Position numbers and translations under genes: made by a program
NCBI GenBank assembly: GCA_034421435.1
Contig: DAOUKJ010000027.1
Span: 7,298 to 71,297, forward strand
From: Dehalococcoidia bacterium
GTDB taxonomy: Bacteria > Chloroflexota > Dehalococcoidia > Lucifugimonadales > UBA2985
Reading direction: 5' to 3'
DNA length: 64,000 bases
Shown here: positions 60,227 to 64,000 of the stretch, in pieces
Numbering within the stretch: position 1 is the first letter of the stretch
Layout of the letters: each line of letters starts with the position of its first letter
The notes under the pieces: generated by a model
Databases searched by the model: none
Told to the model about the DNA's origin: nothing
What the model saw: the letters and a program-made list of their open reading frames with translations, nothing else

Positions 60227-61574
60227 GCTTCACCATCCGCCGCCCCCGGTCTACTGGGGAATGACGGCGCAGGAGCTGACCCAGGACGTGGTGCAGCGGC
60301 ACGCGTCTCCGGGCAGGCCATTCTGGATGATCGCCGGAGCGCTGGCCGGACTCTTCGGGCTGGGCGTAATCGGCTTCATCTTGCTTCTGACGCAGCACGG
60401 CGTCGACGAGCGCAGGGAGTGGGGCTACTACGCCACGGCGTTCGCCTACATCTTCGTGACAGCGCAGTCTGCGGTGCTGGTCTCGGTTGCCCTGCGGATG
60501 GCGAAGGCGCACTGGCGCAGGCCGCTGGCGCGCATCTCCGAGATGTTCGCCGCCGTGGGCCTGTTCAACTTCATACTGCTCATACCGCTGCTGTGGGTGC
60601 TGCCGGTGACCACCGGCCGGCGCAGCATCTGGTTCGACTGGCCCGGCCACAGCCCGCACCTGTGGGACACCATTGCGATGGGTACGCTCGTGGTGCTGGG
60701 ACTGGCCATCCTGTACTTCGCATCGATTCCGGACAGGGCCGCGGTGCAGGACCAGACCGGCGGCGCGCCGTCGACGAGGTGGCGCGGCACGGTGCAGCAG
60801 TGGAGGGTGCTCAACACGGGGCTGGCAGTGCTTGGCGGCTTCTACTTCATGCTTCTTATCGTAGTGCACATGCTGATCAGCGTTGACTTTGCCATGAGCC
60901 TCATTCCGGGATGGAAGGACTCCATCTTCCCGGCATTCCATGCGCTCAACGGCCTGCAGTCGGGCGTGGCGCTGATTCTGGTGACCATGTTCATCCTGCG
61001 CAAGACCACCGGCCTGAGAAAGTACCTTGAGGTAGACCAGTTCTGGGGCCTCAGCAAGCTCCTGCTGGCGATTTCGCTGCTGTGGTTCTACTTCTGGTGG
61101 TCCGGCTTCTTCGTATACTGGTATGGCCGGACGCCGGCAGAGCAGGGCGTGCTCAAGTACATCATGTTCGAGACTTACTGGATTCCGTTCTTCCTGGCGT
61201 TCGTACTGTGCTTTGCGCTGCCGTTCTTCATCCTGATGTGGAACATCGTGCGCAAGACCACGTGGGGGCCGGCCCTTGCGGGCGCAGTCGTGCTGGTGGG
61301 CACGTTCTTCAACGTGCTGCGATACTACGTGCCAGCCTTCTCCGTGGAGGACCTGACGCCGCACGCGCTGGAGCATATCCCGACCGCCAACCTCCCGAGC
61401 GCAATCGACGTACTGGTCGTGATCGGCGCACTATCCGGCGCGGTGCTCACGTTCATGCTGGCGACGCGCGTGTTCCCCATCATGTCGATGTGGGAGCTGA
61501 GGGAAGGACAGATACTGCAGCGGGTGCGCAGGCTGATGAAGATCGACATACGGGTGCTTGCCAAGCCGGAGTAG
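60219..61574 (+). CDS. NrfD/PsrC-like polytopic membrane subunit (ActF-like), located upstream of actC
   Basis: About 451 aa with some 10 TM segments, and distant similarity in layout to the next gene. ATG 60219 overlaps the actB2 stop (ATGCATGA). Confidence 0.75.
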   Translation: MHELHHPPPPVYWGMTAQELTQDVVQRHASPGRPFWMIAGALAGLFGLGVIGFILLLTQHGVDERREWGYYATAFAYIFVTAQSAVLVSVALRMAKAHWRRPLARISEMFAAVGLFNFILLIPLLWVLPVTTGRRSIWFDWPGHSPHLWDTIAMGTLVVLGLAILYFASIPDRAAVQDQTGGAPSTRWRGTVQQWRVLNTGLAVLGGFYFMLLIVVHMLISVDFAMSLIPGWKDSIFPAFHALNGLQSGVALILVTMFILRKTTGLRKYLEVDQFWGLSKLLLAISLLWFYFWWSGFFVYWYGRTPAEQGVLKYIMFETYWIPFFLAFVLCFALPFFILMWNIVRKTTWGPALAGAVVLVGTFFNVLRYYVPAFSVEDLTPHALEHIPTANLPSAIDVLVVIGALSGAVLTFMLATRVFPIMSMWELREGQILQRVRRLMKIDIRVLAKPE

Positions 61575-61617
61575 GCACAAGAATGACAGGCCGTAACGAA
61601 GGCCGGAGCATAAGCGA

Positions 61618-62994
61618 ATGCAGGAAAGAGTAAAGCTAACCGACGCCCAGATAAACAGGGACCTTCTCCGCTCGATGACGGAGAACCCGCTGTGGTACTG
61701 GCTGCTGGTGGGCGCGCTGGGCCTCGCAGTCCTGGTGGCCTTCGGCGCCGTTGCCTACATGTTCAACCGCGGCCTGGGCGTCACAGGCCTCAACCGGCCG
61801 ATTATGTGGGGCTTCTTCATCACCAACTTTGTGTTTTGGATAGGTATCAGCCACGCAGGGGTTATGCTATCGGCTATCCTGCGACTGGTACAGGCGGAGT
61901 GGCGGCGACCCGCCACCCGCGCAGCCGAGGTGCTCACAGTCTTCTCGCTGATGACGGCCATGACCATGCCTCTGATCCACGCAGGCAGGCCCTGGCGCGT
62001 CATGTACTGGGTGTTCCCCTTCGACTGGGCCAGGGGAGTGTACCCCAACGTGCGGTCTGCGCTGGTGTGGGACCCCTCCGCCGTGTTCACGTACCTGACC
62101 AGCAGCATCCTCTTCGTATTCATCGCGCTGATACCGGACATAGCGGTCGCGCGGGACAGGACGACGGGGTGGAAGCACGTGATGTACTCCGTGCTGGCCC
62201 TTGGCTGGAGAGGCAGCGTAAGGCAGTGGAAGTTGCAGCTGATAGCAGGCATCCTGCTCTCGGCAGTCATCCTCCCGATCTTCGTATCGGTGCACAGCAT
62301 AGTTTCATGGGACTTCGCCGCGGCCGTGTCAGTCGAGGGCTGGCACAGCACAGTCTTCGCGCCGTACTTCGTCATCGGCGCAGTCCACTCCGGCGTCTCG
62401 GCCGTCGTGACCGTGATGATCATCCTGCGCTCGATGTTCAAATGGCAGGACTACATCCGGCTTGAGCACCTGGACGCGCTGGCGAAGCTCCTTATAGTGG
62501 TTGCGACCACCTGGTTCTTCTTCTTCGTGCTGGAGTTCCTGTTCGGGCTGTACAGCCTGGAGGGCCCGGAGATACGGCTGAGGGAGATGCAGGTGTTTGA
62601 GATGCCGTGGGCGGCGTTCTTCATCGCCTTCCTGGTGTGCTCGTACTTCATCCCGGTGCCAATGTGGCTGTTCCGCTCGGTGCGGCGCAGCATCCCGCTG
62701 ATGATATTCACCACCGTGCTCGTCAATGTGGGCATGTGGCTGGAGCGGTTCATCATCATCGTGCCCGGCCTGGCTCGAAAGCAGGGCCTCACCTTCACGT
62801 GGGGCGGCTACACGCCCAGCGCGGTGGAGATCATCATCGTCTTCGCCACCTTCTGCATGGTGTCAATGCTGGTCCTGCTGTTCGCCAAGGTGTTCCCGCT
62901 GATCCCCATTGGCGACGCCAAGGAGGGCGTGGTGCTCCAGGACGAGATCAAGATTGGAAAGGTAAACGTCCCGGCTATCATGCGGGAGGACTAA
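61618..62994 (+). CDS. actC: Alternative Complex III subunit ActC (NrfD-like quinol-interacting membrane subunit)
   Basis: NRPIMWGFFITNFVFWIGISHAGVMLSAILRL...WRRPATRAAE pattern that I recognise from ActC. Confidence 0.85.
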   Translation: MQERVKLTDAQINRDLLRSMTENPLWYWLLVGALGLAVLVAFGAVAYMFNRGLGVTGLNRPIMWGFFITNFVFWIGISHAGVMLSAILRLVQAEWRRPATRAAEVLTVFSLMTAMTMPLIHAGRPWRVMYWVFPFDWARGVYPNVRSALVWDPSAVFTYLTSSILFVFIALIPDIAVARDRTTGWKHVMYSVLALGWRGSVRQWKLQLIAGILLSAVILPIFVSVHSIVSWDFAAAVSVEGWHSTVFAPYFVIGAVHSGVSAVVTVMIILRSMFKWQDYIRLEHLDALAKLLIVVATTWFFFFVLEFLFGLYSLEGPEIRLREMQVFEMPWAAFFIAFLVCSYFIPVPMWLFRSVRRSIPLMIFTTVLVNVGMWLERFIIIVPGLARKQGLTFTWGGYTPSAVEIIIVFATFCMVSMLVLLFAKVFPLIPIGDAKEGVVLQDEIKIGKVNVPAIMRED

Positions 62995-63010
62995 TCCCCG
63001 GAGGTCCAGA

Positions 63011-63538
63011 ATGGCCAACAAGAACGTACTAGGACTATTCGACAACGCGGACACGGCGGCCGACGCCACCGACGGTCTCATGGAGGTCGGGGTCAACCAG
63101 GAGGACTTCGACGTCCTGACCGGCAGCCCGTATCCTGAGGGCGCTTTCGGCGAAAAGACTCCCGTGCACCACATCTACGTATTCCCCCTGATCGGCGCGC
63201 TCATGGGCCTGAGCGTGGCCTTCCTGCTGACCTCCGGCACCCAGATCGCCTACCCCATAGTCACGGGCGGCAAGCCCATCCTCTCGTTCCCGGCCATGAC
63301 CATCATCTCCTACGAGGGTACGCTCCTGGGAGCGGTCATCTTCACGATTCTGGGCATCATTTTCGAGTCCCGCCTGCCCAGGGCCAAACTCGACCCATAC
63401 GACCCGCGCATAACCGAGGGTTACATCGGTCTGCTGGTCACGTGTCCCGAGGAACGGCTCGACGCGGTCGACCAGGCGCTCCGGCGCGGCAAGGCGGTGG
63501 ACGTCATCCACGAGGGAGGACGCTCATTTCAGGCGTGA
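63011..63538 (+). CDS. actD: Alternative Complex III subunit ActD (DUF3341)
   Basis: 175 aa. The soluble N-terminal part VLGLFDNADTAADATDGL is followed by two TM segments. Confidence 0.8.
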   Translation: MANKNVLGLFDNADTAADATDGLMEVGVNQEDFDVLTGSPYPEGAFGEKTPVHHIYVFPLIGALMGLSVAFLLTSGTQIAYPIVTGGKPILSFPAMTIISYEGTLLGAVIFTILGIIFESRLPRAKLDPYDPRITEGYIGLLVTCPEERLDAVDQALRRGKAVDVIHEGGRSFQA

Positions 63539-64000
63539 TGAAGCCCATGTCTAGCGTGCTCAGACTGCGAATGACCATTGCGGTAGCGGCGCTGCTGCTG
63601 ACGATTGTCGCGGCGGGGTGTCTTCCCCTTGGCCGCGGCGCGTACCCCATCGACGTCTTCGCAGAGATGCACTACACGCAGATGTACAAGTCGCAGGAGC
63701 CTCCGCGGCTGTATCCGGCGCCGGGCGCAGTGCCGTTCGTGCCGGTTGGCCACGGCGCGCTCATGGTGCCGGACGTTTCGCCTGCGATCGAAGCGGCAAC
63801 TGCTGAGAAGGGCAGGGCGCTGTACGCCGTGAACTGCACGGTCTGTCACGGAGAGGCCGGTACCGGCGACGGCCCAATGGCCGGCCACCTGACGCGGTTC
63901 CTGGCGACTGCGGGCGCTCAGGCCCTCGCCCCGGCCGACCTGACCGGCCCAGGAACTGTGGCGACCACAGACGCGGACCTCTTCATCTACATTGGTGGCG
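63538..64000 (+). CDS. actE: Alternative Complex III subunit ActE (monoheme cytochrome c lipoprotein), truncated by the window end
   Basis: Not in the ORF track (no stop in the window). My translation from ATG 63538 gives MKPMSSVLRLRMTIAVAALLLTIVAAGC (lipobox)...ALYAVNCTVCHGEAGTGDGPM (CxxCH). The ATG overlaps the actD stop (TGATG). Confidence 0.8.
   Translation, partial: MKPMSSVLRLRMTIAVAALLLTIVAAGCLPLGRGAYPIDVFAEMHYTQMYKSQEPPRLYPAPGAVPFVPVGHGALMVPDVSPAIEAATAEKGRALYAVNCTVCHGEAGTGDGPMAGHLTRFLATAGAQALAPADLTGPGTVATTDADLFIYIGG

Overview
High-GC (by eye well above 60%) bacterial chromosomal segment, mostly housekeeping genes, densely packed on both strands. Several features point to a Chloroflexota-like organism (inference): a Chlor_Arch_YYY-domain membrane protein (motif GGDLPYYYFGF) next to an ArnT/PMT-like TIGR03663-type protein, an Alternative Complex III operon, a large Alu-domain SRP RNA, and REP-like intergenic elements. 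Recognisable content:
- Two tandem DUF35 + thiolase-like pairs.
- A tauE-cysH-sat sulfate-assimilation operon behind a promoter-plus-terminator leader.
- DNA repair and recombination genes: uvrC, recJ, an exonuclease-DinG fusion, ogg, mutS, mutL, and a XerC/D-type recombinase.
- Isoprenoid genes ispH and ispE, plus lgt, fabF, cca, rsmA, rnc and ftsY.
- An SRP RNA (ffs) that an ORF track cannot show.
- A fused FAD/Fe-S oxidoreductase and a stand-alone NuoE/F/G-like module.
- An envelope-modification cluster (YYY protein, TIGR03663-like, UPF0104, FAD oxidoreductase).
- An actA-B1-B2-(NrfD-like)-C-D-E cluster that runs off the window end.

I see no CRISPR array, transposase, phage genes or recognisable defence system, and no convincing novel multi-gene system. 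The most unusual observations are:
- Thiolase-like paralogs with apparently degenerate catalytic motifs.
- A duplicated uvrC 3' end flanking a lower-GC LRR-like gene.
- A candidate riboregulatory leader upstream of tauE-cysH-sat.
- A modular family of REP-like hairpin elements, one of which supplies the stop codon of cca.
- A recurrent TG-n-TA(N)AAT extended -10 motif, with apparently leaderless uvrC and ftsY.
- A non-canonical ACIII gene order.

Many long ORFs in the six-frame track are antisense or alternate-frame artefacts of the high GC content. All start-codon refinements, promoter calls and alignments were made by eye.
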